Shown here piece by piece: positions 32,030-42,905 of a DNA stretch of 46,425 nucleotides. The first letter of the stretch is position 1. Each line of letters begins with the position of its first letter. The stretch is from Mollicutes bacterium. GTDB taxonomy: Bacteria; Bacillota_I; Bacilli_A; Izemoplasmatales; Izemoplasmataceae. The notes under the pieces were generated by a model. That model had not been told where the DNA came from and searched no databases. It was given only the letters and a program-made list of their open reading frames with translations. A program made the position numbers and the translations under genes. The stretch covers positions 1 through 46,425 of the forward strand of contig PWME01000211.1 in NCBI GenBank assembly GCA_003559235.1, written 5' to 3'.

Positions 32030-35017
32030 TTAGACAAAAGGGGCGACCGTTTCAAGAACCATCTGCAATTGCCCATTTTTTTCAGTTAAACGGCCTTTAA
32101 ATTGATAAACGGTTCCTTCTTCAATAGCGTTTTGAATGCCTTGATATGCACGCGGAAAAACGACTGCGTCAAGCGTACTAATGCGATCCTCAAGCGTGAA
32201 AAACGCCATCGCATCGCCTTTTTTGGTTGTAATGGCTTTATGTCTTCCTAAGCTTGCGGCAACTGTTACGTAACGCTCTAACATCGTTTTATCGATTGTT
32301 GAGGGTGTCACCATGCGTGCTTTTTTAATGTATGATTCATACGGCTTTAAAGGATCATAGGAGAGCGCAATCCCTATAACGTCTTTTTCATACTGCAAAA
32401 GCATGGTTTCATCAAATTCGTCTTGTACATTATGCACAAAATCATCTTGACGACCATGATAATCAATATAATGTTGGACACCTGGCAAATCATCAATCAA
32501 TGTTTTCCTATTGATTTTAAAGCAATCACAAGCACCCGCTTTAATGAGCGATTCATACGCCCGTTTATTTAACACACTGCGCGTCCGCGCCACAAAATCC
32601 ACAAACGATGTAAACACTTGTTTACCACGTGCTTGAACCAAGCCTTTGGCAAGGTTCGACCCGAGGTTTTTAATCCCTGAAAGCGGATAGACTAATGTTT
32701 TGTCTTTGAGCACAAAACGTGTTGTACTGATATTAACATTAGGCCCTTCTACACGTATATTACTTGCGGCGGCTTCGCGCACATACGTTTTAATAAGATT
32801 TTCATTATGCAAGGCATTTTGCATCAATACAGCGATGAAATACGCTGGATAATGCGCCTTTAAATACGCCATCCAATACGCAACAAGCGCGTATGCAACA
32901 CTATGGCTTTTATTGAAACCATAATCCGCAAACGTCACAATGTAATCATAGATTTTATTGGCGCGCGCTTCATCGCGATTCGCATGAATTGCTTTTTTCA
33001 CAAATCGATCGCGTTCTTTTTCAAGCGTTGCGGCATCTTTTTTACTGACCGCACGCCGTAATAAATCGGCTTCTTCTAATGAATAATGCGCAAACGTTGA
33101 TGCGATGGCCATGATTTGTTCTTGATATAACAAAATGCCTTCAGTAGGTTCTAATATACTTTGGATGGATGGATCTAATGGGGTGATGCGTTGCTTTTTG
33201 TGACGTCTTTTTAAATAATCATCAATGCTTTGCATTGGACCCGGTCTAAACAATGCCAAAATCGTAACAATATCATCAAATTCGCGAATTTGCATATCCT
33301 TGACAAGTGCACGCATGCCTTGTGATTCAAGCTGAAAGATCCCAGTTGTCGACTGTTCACGTAGTAATGCAAATGTTTTTTTATCTTGTAATGGTACTTT
33401 GAACATGTCTAAACGATTGCCTTGGTTTTGTTCGATAAGGTCCAATACCTCTTCAATCATGGTTAAGTTTTTAAGCCCTAAGAAATCAATTTTTAGCAAG
33501 CCTAAGGCTTCTAAATCATGCTGTTCAAATTGCGTTTGATGGTGGTCATGTAAACCTGGTTGAATGGCGGTATACTCTGTAATATCACGGTCCGATAAAA
33601 TAATCCCTGCCGCATGGGTTGAAACGTGCTTTGGCAACCCTTCAAGACGTTTTGCAACATGCAACCAAGTATTAACATCTTCATGTTGTGCCATGCGATT
33701 TTGCACATCTAAATTTTCACTAATCATGGCTTCTACAGAATCATAATCCGCGATTTTGCGCATTACTTCTTCAAGCACCGATGGTGAAACATTAAAGTGT
33801 CTTGCACTTTCTCTTAACGCACTTTTCCTCAAAAATGTTCCAAAGGTACATATTTGACTAACATAAGGTTTCCCGTAACGTTTCACGACATACTCAATCA
33901 TTTTAGGACGTGCATGATCAGGAAAATCGATGTCAATATCGGGCATTGTCTTGCGGGCTTTGTTTAAGAATCGTTCAAACAGTAACCCAAACGCAATGGG
34001 GTCGACGTGTGTAATGCCAAGCGCATAAGCCACTAAACTCCCCGGTGCACTCCCGCGCCCTGGTCCAACGAGCATCTCAGCACTCCGTGCGAAACGTAGG
34101 CAATCGTAAACGATTAAAAAATAATCTTCATAGCCAAGTTCGTGTATTGTATTCAGTTCATACGCCAAACGTTCACGATACTTTTTCGCATCAACAGACT
34201 TTCCTTTAAGCCGTTTTTCTAACCCTTTTTTTGCAAGGGCTACCAAGTAATCACGGGTCTTAAGCCCATGCGTATCTTGATACGATGGTAAAGACGCTTC
34301 ATGAAATGATACATCAATCGTATGGTTTGCAATAAACTGATTTAGTGCCTTTTGATCTTCATCACTCAGTTTATGAAAATACGATGGATGTTTAATGGCT
34401 ATATCAATGGTATTTTTTAACCATTGACGCTGATGTTCAAAAATTGCCGATAATGTCTCAAAAACATCTCGATCTTCTTCGTGTTGAATGAGTACGTAAT
34501 CAATCGGAACGGTTGATATACCGTGATCAACGAAAGGATACGCTTCGTGTTTCCCAAACATAACATCATGAAAGGTTTGCTTAACCTCATGTATGATAGA
34601 TTTAAGTCGCGCACAATCATCTTTGGCTTGAAAAACATCCCCTGCATGCGGCATCAATACAAACGTTAGATTATCCGCATAAGGTTTTGCGAGGGAGAAA
34701 GGTAAAATTGCATTAAAACTTTGTAAACTGGCAAGTTTCAGTAGATTTTTATACCCTTTTCCATTTTGTGCGTACGCAACCCCATGCAACACGCCAATTT
34801 CAAACAGCCCTTCAAAACGTAACTGTAACCCGATGACAGGGGATAAATCATGCTTTTTTGCGCCGACTATAAATTTATAAGCGGCATGCATTTTTGTGTC
34901 AGTTAATACAACGGTTGATTGATGGTTTTTTTTCGCCATGTCAAAGAGTACCTCAATGGTAATATTAGAACCACTGAAGCTATAGGCTGTTTCCGTAAAT
35001 AAGCTCGCAAAACGCAT
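32030..35017 (-). CDS. dnaE: DNA polymerase III alpha subunit, DnaE type
   Basis: 995 aa with an N-terminal PHP domain, the palm motifs GPGRGSAPGSLVAYALGITHVDP and PDIDIDF, FGFNKSHS, and a C-terminal OB fold. Confidence 0.95.
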   Translation of the reverse strand: MRFASLFTETAYSFSGSNITIEVLFDMAKKNHQSTVVLTDTKMHAAYKFIVGAKKHDLSPVIGLQLRFEGLFEIGVLHGVAYAQNGKGYKNLLKLASLQSFNAILPFSLAKPYADNLTFVLMPHAGDVFQAKDDCARLKSIIHEVKQTFHDVMFGKHEAYPFVDHGISTVPIDYVLIQHEEDRDVFETLSAIFEHQRQWLKNTIDIAIKHPSYFHKLSDEDQKALNQFIANHTIDVSFHEASLPSYQDTHGLKTRDYLVALAKKGLEKRLKGKSVDAKKYRERLAYELNTIHELGYEDYFLIVYDCLRFARSAEMLVGPGRGSAPGSLVAYALGITHVDPIAFGLLFERFLNKARKTMPDIDIDFPDHARPKMIEYVVKRYGKPYVSQICTFGTFLRKSALRESARHFNVSPSVLEEVMRKIADYDSVEAMISENLDVQNRMAQHEDVNTWLHVAKRLEGLPKHVSTHAAGIILSDRDITEYTAIQPGLHDHHQTQFEQHDLEALGLLKIDFLGLKNLTMIEEVLDLIEQNQGNRLDMFKVPLQDKKTFALLREQSTTGIFQLESQGMRALVKDMQIREFDDIVTILALFRPGPMQSIDDYLKRRHKKQRITPLDPSIQSILEPTEGILLYQEQIMAIASTFAHYSLEEADLLRRAVSKKDAATLEKERDRFVKKAIHANRDEARANKIYDYIVTFADYGFNKSHSVAYALVAYWMAYLKAHYPAYFIAVLMQNALHNENLIKTYVREAAASNIRVEGPNVNISTTRFVLKDKTLVYPLSGIKNLGSNLAKGLVQARGKQVFTSFVDFVARTRSVLNKRAYESLIKAGACDCFKINRKTLIDDLPGVQHYIDYHGRQDDFVHNVQDEFDETMLLQYEKDVIGIALSYDPLKPYESYIKKARMVTPSTIDKTMLERYVTVAASLGRHKAITTKKGDAMAFFTLEDRISTLDAVVFPRAYQGIQNAIEEGTVYQFKGRLTEKNGQLQMVLETVAPFV

Positions 35018-35077
35018 CCAATCACCGCCTTATCAAATCCATTGTATCATGATTTTTTCAACCCTTAACCAACAATC

Positions 35078-35105
35078 AAAAAAAGAAGCGCTGACTAAGC
35101 GCCTC
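35078..35105 (-). terminator. intrinsic terminator
   Basis: On the minus strand, GAGGCGCT-TAGTC-AGCGCTTC followed by TTTTTTT. Confidence 0.65.
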
Positions 35106-36380
35106 TTAAGTTTTACGTTTTCGATGTCGTAAGTAAAGCGTTGCGCCGCTTACGAGTGCCGTCGCAAGCACCCCGATTTCTACAGCCAAAAGCGCTTGAT
35201 TATGCGTATTTTCAATAGAGGGTTCCAATATTTCAAAATGGATGACTTCAGTATATCCATTCACCCCTTCAATACGCAATGTATAATGCCCAACCTCTTC
35301 AACGCTAATGCCTGATTCAACGAATCGATTGTTTAAATACCCGTTGCCTTGAAATGTTATCGTGCGCGCTTCATCATAACTTCTTCCGTCATAAACACCT
35401 TCTATGTTTCCAGTAATGGTAAAGCGAACTTGGTGAACATAATTATTGTCTCCTTCGATGCTTAACGTATGATATCCAGGTGTATCTATGCGGGTGCCTG
35501 AAACATATAAATCATGGTTCAAAAACGCTAACCCATCACTGTACTCAATGCGGACAGGGTCCGCGGTCTTCATACCATCTGAAACCCCTGAAACAGTAGG
35601 GTGCACGGTAAAACGATACGTATAATCTTCATACTCGAAAACATAATGCCCAGGATAATCAATCGATATTTGGTTAACCACCGAAACGCCGCCAAGCAAT
35701 CCCGCGCCCACAAATTCAGCGTTCACGTGACCTTCATAATCCGCATGGTTTGAAATGCCATAAACAATGCCACGCTCATAAAGGTTCAGTGACGCATCGA
35801 TTGCACTGTGCGCTTCACTTTGGTAAGACGCCGCAAAATATACTTTATCTTCTTAAATGCGCGCAGTCTTAATATAGGCTTCCATATCGAGTGTATGCGC
35901 AACCGCCATGGCATCATCTAGCGTTATCAAGGTATGCCCAATTGTTTCATACCCTGCTTGCGTGACAATATTGCGGTTAATTTTATAGACCGCTGTCCCT
36001 GCCAAATCATACACATCTTTCATTTCAGAAAGGGAATCATACTGCAAAGTTTGTGTGTGTAACACGTCACCTGTATCGCTTATTACCACATAAAATGCAT
36101 CGTAAAACTGTTCGCTACTATTGTCGCTTACAAACCCATACGCAACATAATGCTCACCATCAACCACAACATCATTCACATAAAATTTGATGTCATCACA
36201 CCCAAGTGTCACTGTAAACGTATGTTTTCCATCTGCACTTAACAAGGCATGGCCTTCAGCATCTCGCGAATACTCAAATGTAGTATGCGCGGTTTCAAAT
36301 GTTTGGTCGCGAAACGCCATCACATCATTTTGAACCATAAATCCAATCATAAGACAACATAAAAAAGCAATGATTTTCAT
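35106..36380 (-). pseudogene. secreted/membrane-anchored surface protein interrupted by a single in-frame TAA (35853-35855)
   Basis: ORFs 35853..36395 and 35106..35726 are in the same frame, and the 42 codons between them are open (EDKVYFAASYQSEAHSAIDASLNLYERGIVYGISNHADYEGH). There is an N-terminal signal-like helix (MKIIAFLCCLMIGFMV, ATG 36380 after GAGGAGG) and a C-terminal TM helix with an RHRKRKT tail. Alternatively these are two genes, with an unconvincing GTG start at 35726. Confidence 0.5.
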
Positions 36381-36439
36381 CGTATACCTCCTCAACTGAA
36401 TAATACGATATTCATTGCTTTTTGCTTTTTAATATTTTT

Positions 36440-37624
36440 TTAACCGATTAAGCGCACTGTGTCACGCGCAATCATAACTTCTTCATTCGTTGGCACCAAC
36501 AACAACTTAACCTTAGAATCCTTGCTCGATAAATCGGTTTCAACACCGCGTGCTTTATTAGCTTCTTCATCAAGTGCTGCATCGAGTGATCTAAGTCTTT
36601 CAACAATCAGTTTACGTGTTTCAGGCGCGTTTTCTCCAACCCCTGCCGTAAAGGCTATCGCATCAACGCCGCCCATTGTCATGATATAAGCACCAATATA
36701 ATCTGCAATCATTTTCACTTGCTTTTTAATCGCTAACAAACTTTTTTCATCACCTTTACCAGCGGCATCCCATAAATCACGAGAATCGCTAGAAATACGA
36801 CTAATGCCTAAGTATCCTGAGCTTTTGTTTAAGTCATTCATGACTTGCTGGACGGTCTTATTTTCTTTCGTCGAAATAAACTCTACAATCGCAGGGTCAA
36901 TATCCCCACTACGTGTTCCCATTGAAATGCCAGCAAGTGGCGTAAAGCCCATGGACGTATCAACGCTCTTACCACCATCAACCGCACAAATACTGGCGCC
37001 ATTGCCGATGTGAAGTACAATCGTCTTCAGAGTTTTTACATCGCGTCCCAACATATCCGCAACTTTTTGCGATACATATTTATGACTCGTACCATGAAAA
37101 CCATACTTGCGAACACCATATTTTTCATACCATTCATACGGGGTAGAATATATATACGCATCTTCTTCCATCGTTTGATGGAACGCGGTATCAAACACCG
37201 CAACATTCGGCTTGTTTGGCAACGCTTTTTGAAAGGCACGAATTCCCGTTAAATTCGCAGGGTTGTGCAGTGGTGCGAGATCACTCACCGACTCAATGGC
37301 TTCGGCAACTGTTTCATCAATGACCACAGAATCACTGAAGTGCTCACCACCGTGAACCACGCGGTGACCAACCCCTTCAATCTCATCAATCGATTCAACA
37401 ATACTTAAATCAACCAATTGCTTTAACAATAAATCAACCGCATGGGTATGATCAGGAATATCAACCGTATCAGAATGTTTTTCACCGTTCAATTTAATGG
37501 TGAAAACCGCATTCGGTAACCCAATGCGCTCGATGACACCACTCGCAACAACCTTCTCTTCAGGCATCGTGAGCAGTTGAAATTTCAGTGAAGAACTTCC
37601 GGCGTTTACAGCAATAATTTTCAT
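36440..37624 (-). CDS. ackA: acetate kinase
   Basis: 394 aa with MKIIAVNAGSSSLKFQL, HRVVHGG and FHGTSH. Confidence 0.95.
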   Translation of the reverse strand: MKIIAVNAGSSSLKFQLLTMPEEKVVASGVIERIGLPNAVFTIKLNGEKHSDTVDIPDHTHAVDLLLKQLVDLSIVESIDEIEGVGHRVVHGGEHFSDSVVIDETVAEAIESVSDLAPLHNPANLTGIRAFQKALPNKPNVAVFDTAFHQTMEEDAYIYSTPYEWYEKYGVRKYGFHGTSHKYVSQKVADMLGRDVKTLKTIVLHIGNGASICAVDGGKSVDTSMGFTPLAGISMGTRSGDIDPAIVEFISTKENKTVQQVMNDLNKSSGYLGISRISSDSRDLWDAAGKGDEKSLLAIKKQVKMIADYIGAYIMTMGGVDAIAFTAGVGENAPETRKLIVERLRSLDAALDEEANKARGVETDLSSKDSKVKLLLVPTNEEVMIARDTVRLIG

Positions 37625-38565
37625 TGTACATCTCCTTCTTTCTTAGCAAACCATTTTTCTAATTTTATCAGCGCCGCATTGAACGCCGCTTTGTCGGAAA
37701 AAGCTGGTAAATCAGCGAGTAAAAACGATGGTAATTGTTCATTATCATATTGTTTGCGTCGCATTAAAAAGATACTTTTTGGATGATTCTTAAAAAGACT
37801 CTCATGCAATTTGATTAACCCAAATGGCATCGCAAACTCATTAAGATTTTTCTTAAACGCATCCGCGTGTGGTTGGTCGAAAAAATCATTTTCAATAACC
37901 GCAAGCATCATACCACCCTTTTTGAGTGATTGGATGTGACGAATGATGGTGTGGTAGGGCAAATAAATATCGCGTTCATCCACTTTAGCAGGAGGAAAAT
38001 CTGTGACAATCACATCCACTTCAGGTGCAGTAAATGTCATGGTATCTTGTAAAATTACTTGTCCATCGATGTTTAAACTATCGAGCATATTGCGGGCGGT
38101 TGTACACATCGCTGGGTCATCATCAACCCCTAAAACACGAAATGCTTGAGAAACATGGTTATGAATCGTCGCAAGAAGATTGCTCGTACCAATCAACGGG
38201 TCAAACACCAAACTATTTGCTTCAACCCCTATTTTATTCATCAAGTACGCCATAAACATCCCAATGGTATCAGGCGTCATTTGTGCATTTGTAATCCGCA
38301 TTGATTTAAACGCTTCAAGCAAAGCGGTGCGAAACGCTTTCCGCATCGCTTCGGCGGGAAAGGTCACTTCCGATACCTCGCCTTTAAGTTTTGCGAGTGT
38401 GGCATCGTCATACGACAACGCTTCATCATGTACTGTATCATCAAGTAAATAAGCAACCGCAGCATTCACCGCTTGCAAGGGCGGGCATAGAGATTCTTCA
38501 ACAATATGCGCTTGCGCACGATGAATATAATCATGCAACAACGCGATAGATTGGGCTTCATTCAT
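37621..38565 (-). CDS. class I SAM-dependent methyltransferase, YtxK-like
   Basis: 314 aa with SAM motif I VFDPLIGTSNLL. It sits immediately upstream of ackA with a 4-nt overlap, as ytxK-ackA does in B. subtilis. Confidence 0.65.
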   Translation of the reverse strand: MNEAQSIALLHDYIHRAQAHIVEESLCPPLQAVNAAVAYLLDDTVHDEALSYDDATLAKLKGEVSEVTFPAEAMRKAFRTALLEAFKSMRITNAQMTPDTIGMFMAYLMNKIGVEANSLVFDPLIGTSNLLATIHNHVSQAFRVLGVDDDPAMCTTARNMLDSLNIDGQVILQDTMTFTAPEVDVIVTDFPPAKVDERDIYLPYHTIIRHIQSLKKGGMMLAVIENDFFDQPHADAFKKNLNEFAMPFGLIKLHESLFKNHPKSIFLMRRKQYDNEQLPSFLLADLPAFSDKAAFNAALIKLEKWFAKKEGDVQ

Positions 38566-38677
38566 ACTATCACCAACAAAGAGTATAATAACACGAAGGA
38601 CGCATTTTGTCTATGCATTTTGCCACGTCAAAGCGTCTAATCAAGCGTTTTCAACCAAAGCTTATAAGCGCTTATAA

Positions 38678-38706
38678 TTGCATAAGCGTATCCCCTTTGG
38701 TATGAT
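38678..38706 (+). promoter_or_regulatory. candidate promoter of yidD
   Basis: TTGCAT, 17-nt spacer, TATGAT. Confidence 0.45.
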
Positions 38707-38726
38707 AATATCATGGAGGTATAACG

Positions 38727-38966
38727 ATGAAAAAACTTGCCCTTAAACTAATTGATTTATACCGTAAAAGCACGAAGAATACAAGGCCTACTTGTCGTTA
38801 CCATCCTTCATGTAGCGCGTACGCAAAAGAAGCGTATGAAACAAGAAATTTTTTCGTAGCCAGTTTTTTAACCGCTTGGCGTATTCTGCGCTGCAATCCT
38901 TTGTCAAAAGGTGGCTACGACCCTGTCCCAAAGCCTAAAATTAAATCCCAAAAGGATGCCGATTAA
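38727..38966 (+). CDS. yidD: membrane protein insertion efficiency factor YidD
   Basis: 79 aa. [15 protein letters not shown]...[17 protein letters not shown] is the YidD signature. GGAGG RBS. Confidence 0.9.
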   Translation: MKKLALKLIDLYRKSTKNTRPTCRYHPSCSAYAKEAYETRNFFVASFLTAWRILRCNPLSKGGYDPVPKPKIKSQKDAD

Positions 38967-39041
38967 TCCTTCATGCTATGCTTGTGTTTCCCCTTATATT
39001 TGATACAATGAATTAAACCTAATGCGAAAGGACGTGAGCTT

Positions 39042-40208
39042 ATGCCACAAAAAAAATTGTTTACTTCAGAGTCTGTGACTGAAGGACATCCCGATAAAAT
39101 ATGTGATCAAATTTCAGACGCCATATTGGATGCTATTTTGACTGACGACCCTAAAGCGCGTGTCGCTTGTGAAACTGCCGTTACCACTGGGCTCGTTTTA
39201 GTCATGGGAGAAATTTCTACTAAAACCTACGTTGATATTCAAAAAATCGTCCGAGATACTGTATCTGAAATCGGGTACACAAGAGGCAAATATGGGTTCG
39301 ATGCAGAAAACATGGGCGTTTTAGTCGCCATTGATGAACAATCAAGGGAAATTGCTGATGGCGTTAACCCTACCAAATCAAAAGATCTTGGGGCGGGTGA
39401 CCAAGGTGTTATGTTTGGTTATGCGACCAACGAAACCCCTTCATACATGCCGTTAACCATCACCTTAGCCCATCAACTTGCAAGACGGTTAAGCGCGGTT
39501 CGAAAATCAAAAATTATTCCCTATTTAAGACCCGATGGAAAAACCCAAGTGACCGTTGAATTCAATCAAGACGGTTCTCCAAAGCGCATTGATACCATTG
39601 TTGTATCGACTCAACACGCCCGCAACATCAAGCAAACGCAAATTCATGAAGACATTAGAAAACATGTCATTGACCACGTCATCGATGCAAGCATGATTGA
39701 TGATGACACAACTATCCACATTAACCCAACCGGCTCTTTTGTGGTTGGTGGGCCCCACGGTGATGCCGGTTTAACAGGTCGTAAAATTATCGTGGATACC
39801 TATGGTGGGGCAGCCCGTCATGGTGGGGGTGCTTTTAGTGGTAAAGACCCTACAAAAGTTGATCGCTCAGCATCATACGCTGCGCGGTATGTTGCGAAGA
39901 ACGTTGTGGCGGCGAAACTCGCTGACCGCTGTGAAATCCAAATTTCATACGCCATTGGCGTTGCCAAACCAACGAGTGTGCACGTCGATACGTTTAATAC
40001 CGCCCATGTGCCTGAACATAAGATTGAAGATGCCATTAATCATGTCTTTGATTTGCGACCCCAAGCAATCATTGAAACATTATATTTAGAGCGACCGATA
40101 TACAAACAAACCGCTGCATATGGACACTTTGGAAGAGATGACCTCGATTTGCCTTGGGAAAAACTTGATCGCGTTGATGCCTTGAAGAAAACCATAAAAC
40201 AATTATAA
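39042..40208 (+). CDS. metK: S-adenosylmethionine synthase
   Basis: 388 aa with [47 protein letters not shown] and [16 protein letters not shown]. Confidence 0.97.
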   Translation: MPQKKLFTSESVTEGHPDKICDQISDAILDAILTDDPKARVACETAVTTGLVLVMGEISTKTYVDIQKIVRDTVSEIGYTRGKYGFDAENMGVLVAIDEQSREIADGVNPTKSKDLGAGDQGVMFGYATNETPSYMPLTITLAHQLARRLSAVRKSKIIPYLRPDGKTQVTVEFNQDGSPKRIDTIVVSTQHARNIKQTQIHEDIRKHVIDHVIDASMIDDDTTIHINPTGSFVVGGPHGDAGLTGRKIIVDTYGGAARHGGGAFSGKDPTKVDRSASYAARYVAKNVVAAKLADRCEIQISYAIGVAKPTSVHVDTFNTAHVPEHKIEDAINHVFDLRPQAIIETLYLERPIYKQTAAYGHFGRDDLDLPWEKLDRVDALKKTIKQL

Positions 40209-40250
40209 AAAAGTGCCGCATCCTGCAAATTTGTAGGGCGCGGCATTTTT
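40209..40250. terminator. bidirectional terminator between metK and the Fe-ADH gene
   Basis: TGCCGC...GCGGCA outer stem with an inner CCTGCAAA/TTTGTAGG pairing, flanked by an A-run and a T-run. Confidence 0.6.
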
Positions 40251-40254
40251 TAAA

Positions 40255-41457
40255 TCACTGCATAATACTTTCAATAATCATGCGCATGGTGTTTTTATCT
40301 AAAAATGTTGGTACTGGGTACTGTGGGTGTGCCTCTTTAAAGGCATCGTCAATCATCGCATCGATTTGATTGGCGTCAATGCAATCAACCGTTGCGGGTA
40401 AGTTTAATGCATCGCGCAATGCTTCAATCGCTTCAATAAAATGTTGCGCGTTGGCTTTTTCATCGGACTCTACCTTTTCAAGGTTTAATGCTTGTGCCAG
40501 TTCACTAAGCGGTTTATAAACACGCTTCCCATAGGCTTTAAGTACTGGCACTAAGAGCGCTGCATTCGCTTCACCATGCGGAATGCCAAACCGTGCACCA
40601 AGCGTGTGCGCAATGGCATGCACATACCCAACATAGGTGCGGGTAAACGCACAGCCTGCTTTGTACGATGCTTTTAACATCCCTTCTCGCGCAGCACTAT
40701 CATTACCATCTTTTAGCGTCGTTTCTAAATAATCAAATACACCACGCACAGCATCTAGTGCCCACTGGCGTGTTTTTTTCGTGGTTGTTTTTGATATATA
40801 TGATTCAACCGCATGCGTGAGTGCATCCATGCCACTCGCTGCACTGACGCGTGGTGGTAATGTTTTAATAAGATTTGGGTCTAAAACCGCAACATCAGGC
40901 ATTAATACCAAATCATTAATCGCATACTTCACATGCCTTTTTTTGTCGTGAAGCACAGCCGCAATGGTCGCTTCACTGCCGCTTCCAGCGGTGGTTGGTA
41001 CAGCGAATAGTGGCGGACGTTTCTTTCGTACCTTTAATAAACCACGCATCTTGAATAAAGCGCGTTTAGGACGTGCAATTTGAGCAGCACACGCCTTGGC
41101 AGCGTCGATTGCAGACCCACCACCAATACCGATAATGCCTTCACACATATTTTCTTCATACAGTGTTTTCGCCTGCATAACATCTTCTTCAGTCGGTTCT
41201 TTACTGATGCCATCATAAATAACGGTTGAAAGTTCAAGTGCTTTGCAGGCTTTTAAAAACCCATCCAATAAATTGTATTGCATAACCGCTAAATCACACA
41301 CAATAAGTACCTTAGATACTTGGTGCAAGCGCACAAAAGTCGGCAACTTTTCGATTGCACCTTCGCCTTCAATTAACGACGGCTCTCGCCAAGGTAATAA
41401 CTTTGAAACGACAAATAAAAATCGTTGAACGGCTCGATAATAAAGTTTTTTCATCAT
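40255..41457 (-). CDS. iron-containing (group III) alcohol dehydrogenase
   Basis: 400 aa with GIGGGSAIDAAK, VPTTAGSGSE and a His-rich metal site (HAVESY...HAIAH...PHG). Confidence 0.8.
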   Translation of the reverse strand: MMKKLYYRAVQRFLFVVSKLLPWREPSLIEGEGAIEKLPTFVRLHQVSKVLIVCDLAVMQYNLLDGFLKACKALELSTVIYDGISKEPTEEDVMQAKTLYEENMCEGIIGIGGGSAIDAAKACAAQIARPKRALFKMRGLLKVRKKRPPLFAVPTTAGSGSEATIAAVLHDKKRHVKYAINDLVLMPDVAVLDPNLIKTLPPRVSAASGMDALTHAVESYISKTTTKKTRQWALDAVRGVFDYLETTLKDGNDSAAREGMLKASYKAGCAFTRTYVGYVHAIAHTLGARFGIPHGEANAALLVPVLKAYGKRVYKPLSELAQALNLEKVESDEKANAQHFIEAIEALRDALNLPATVDCIDANQIDAMIDDAFKEAHPQYPVPTFLDKNTMRMIIESIMQ

Positions 41458-41463
41458 AAATCC

Positions 41464-42312
41464 TTATGAATTTGTCATGTATAAGACCCCGATGGTTCCG
41501 GCGCCACAATGCGAAGAAATCACACAACCTGCTTCTGTCTCATAAATATTTTTAATGCCTAAATGGGCTAACTGTTCACGAATAAAATCCACATGCTCAT
41601 GGGCCTCTGAATGGGTGATCATCACAAAATCGGTATCGATATTGCCTTCATCTTTTAAAACGTCATTCAATAAAATCTTAATCCCATTGCGCAATTTTCC
41701 ACGCGGCTTTTTACCAATGGTCATTTCACCATCCACAACCCGAATGATGGGATGCACTTTAAGCATCGTCCCAACAAAAGCACTGATTGCTTTTAACCGA
41801 CCACCTTTGTGTAAATACTCTAACGTATCAATAATAAAACGGGTACGAACACGCGTCCTTAGGGTTTCAAGTGCATCCACAATTTCTTTTGCGGACATGC
41901 CTTCATCACGCATTTTAACTGCTTTTAAAACCAAAAGCCCTGATCCTGAGGATAAGTTTTCTGAGTCAACCAAATGGATTTTGTCAGAATCAATGGCATT
42001 TTTTGCGATGGTCGCGTTTTGTAAGGTTGCGGAAAACTTTTGACCAATACCGGTATAAATGATTTCATAGCCTTCTTCTAAGTGCCGTTCAAAAACCTCT
42101 TGAAACATCGCTGGCGATGCCGCCGATGTTTTTGGAATCATGTTAGTATCGGCAACTTTTTTATACATTGCCTCTGTATTCAAATCGATGCCATCTTGAT
42201 AAGACGACTCCCCAAAATTGACAAAAAGTGGTACCACTTCAATTTCATGGTATTTTATCAAATCTTCGGTTAAATCACACGTACTGTCAGTTATAATTTT
42301 GATTTGCGACAT
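41464..42312 (-). CDS. DegV-family fatty-acid-binding protein
   Basis: 282 aa with IKIITDSTCDL, PKTSAASP and a typical DegV length. Confidence 0.85.
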   Translation of the reverse strand: MSQIKIITDSTCDLTEDLIKYHEIEVVPLFVNFGESSYQDGIDLNTEAMYKKVADTNMIPKTSAASPAMFQEVFERHLEEGYEIIYTGIGQKFSATLQNATIAKNAIDSDKIHLVDSENLSSGSGLLVLKAVKMRDEGMSAKEIVDALETLRTRVRTRFIIDTLEYLHKGGRLKAISAFVGTMLKVHPIIRVVDGEMTIGKKPRGKLRNGIKILLNDVLKDEGNIDTDFVMITHSEAHEHVDFIREQLAHLGIKNIYETEAGCVISSHCGAGTIGVLYMTNS

Positions 42313-42391
42313 AGACGCCTCCTACCTTTTATATCGCAATTATACCAACAATCACCTTGTGGCGCAATGCATGGTTCTTCCAATAAGACAA

Positions 42392-42414
42392 AATAAAAAC
42401 CGGCAAGCCGGTTA
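42392..42414 (-). terminator. intrinsic terminator
   Basis: On the minus strand, AACCGG-CTTG-CCGGTT followed by TTTATTTT. Confidence 0.6.
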
Positions 42415-42418
42415 ATAA

Positions 42419-42835
42419 TCATTCAAGTGTATACGTTAAGCGATGCGGTTCTGATTTAGAAGCACTTTTAAATCCCGCGTGTTTCATATAGTCAGCCGAT
42501 GATGCATCCACATCCGCTGTAATGGTTTTAACCCCACCTTGACGGCACATAGCAATAAAGCCTTTTAAAATCGATTTAACAACGGTTGCGATGCGTAATG
42601 AGGTATCAATAAAAAGTCCTTGCAATGCGATGGTATCATCACTATGCAACACCGCATAGAGTAGCCCGCCAACGCGTGAGCCCTTGCGTACTGTATAAAG
42701 CAACGCATCCTCATCAACCTCAGCACTTTTAAATAAAGGCATACTTTTTTCATTTTTTAGTTCATATAAATCCAACGCCATAATTGCATCATAATCGCTA
42801 ACTTCATAAGGAACTAAAGCTATTAAATCACTCAT
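42419..42835 (-). CDS. hypothetical protein, possibly a GNAT-like fold
   Basis: 138-aa ORF with a terminator. The assignment rests only on a weak acetyltransferase-like pattern (VGGLLYAV...ALQGLFID...). The function is not established. Confidence 0.4.
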   Translation of the reverse strand: MSDLIALVPYEVSDYDAIMALDLYELKNEKSMPLFKSAEVDEDALLYTVRKGSRVGGLLYAVLHSDDTIALQGLFIDTSLRIATVVKSILKGFIAMCRQGGVKTITADVDASSADYMKHAGFKSASKSEPHRLTYTLE

Positions 42836-42905
42836 GATAACCCTTCTTTACGCATTATTTCCAAGCGCTATTGTAGCACAACACCCTAACCAATGCAAAC
42901 CTTGT

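Noticed and set aside
38659-38690. GCTTATAAGC palindrome and repeated CTTATAA motifs upstream of yidD
   Set aside because: They are short, AT-rich and overlap the divergent promoter region. They are too simple to distinguish from chance without comparative data.
38967-39041. Looked for a SAM (S-box) riboswitch upstream of metK
   Set aside because: Only about 75 nt separate yidD and metK. They contain an extended -10 promoter (TGaTACAAT) and an SD, which leaves no room for an S-box aptamer and shows none of its motifs.
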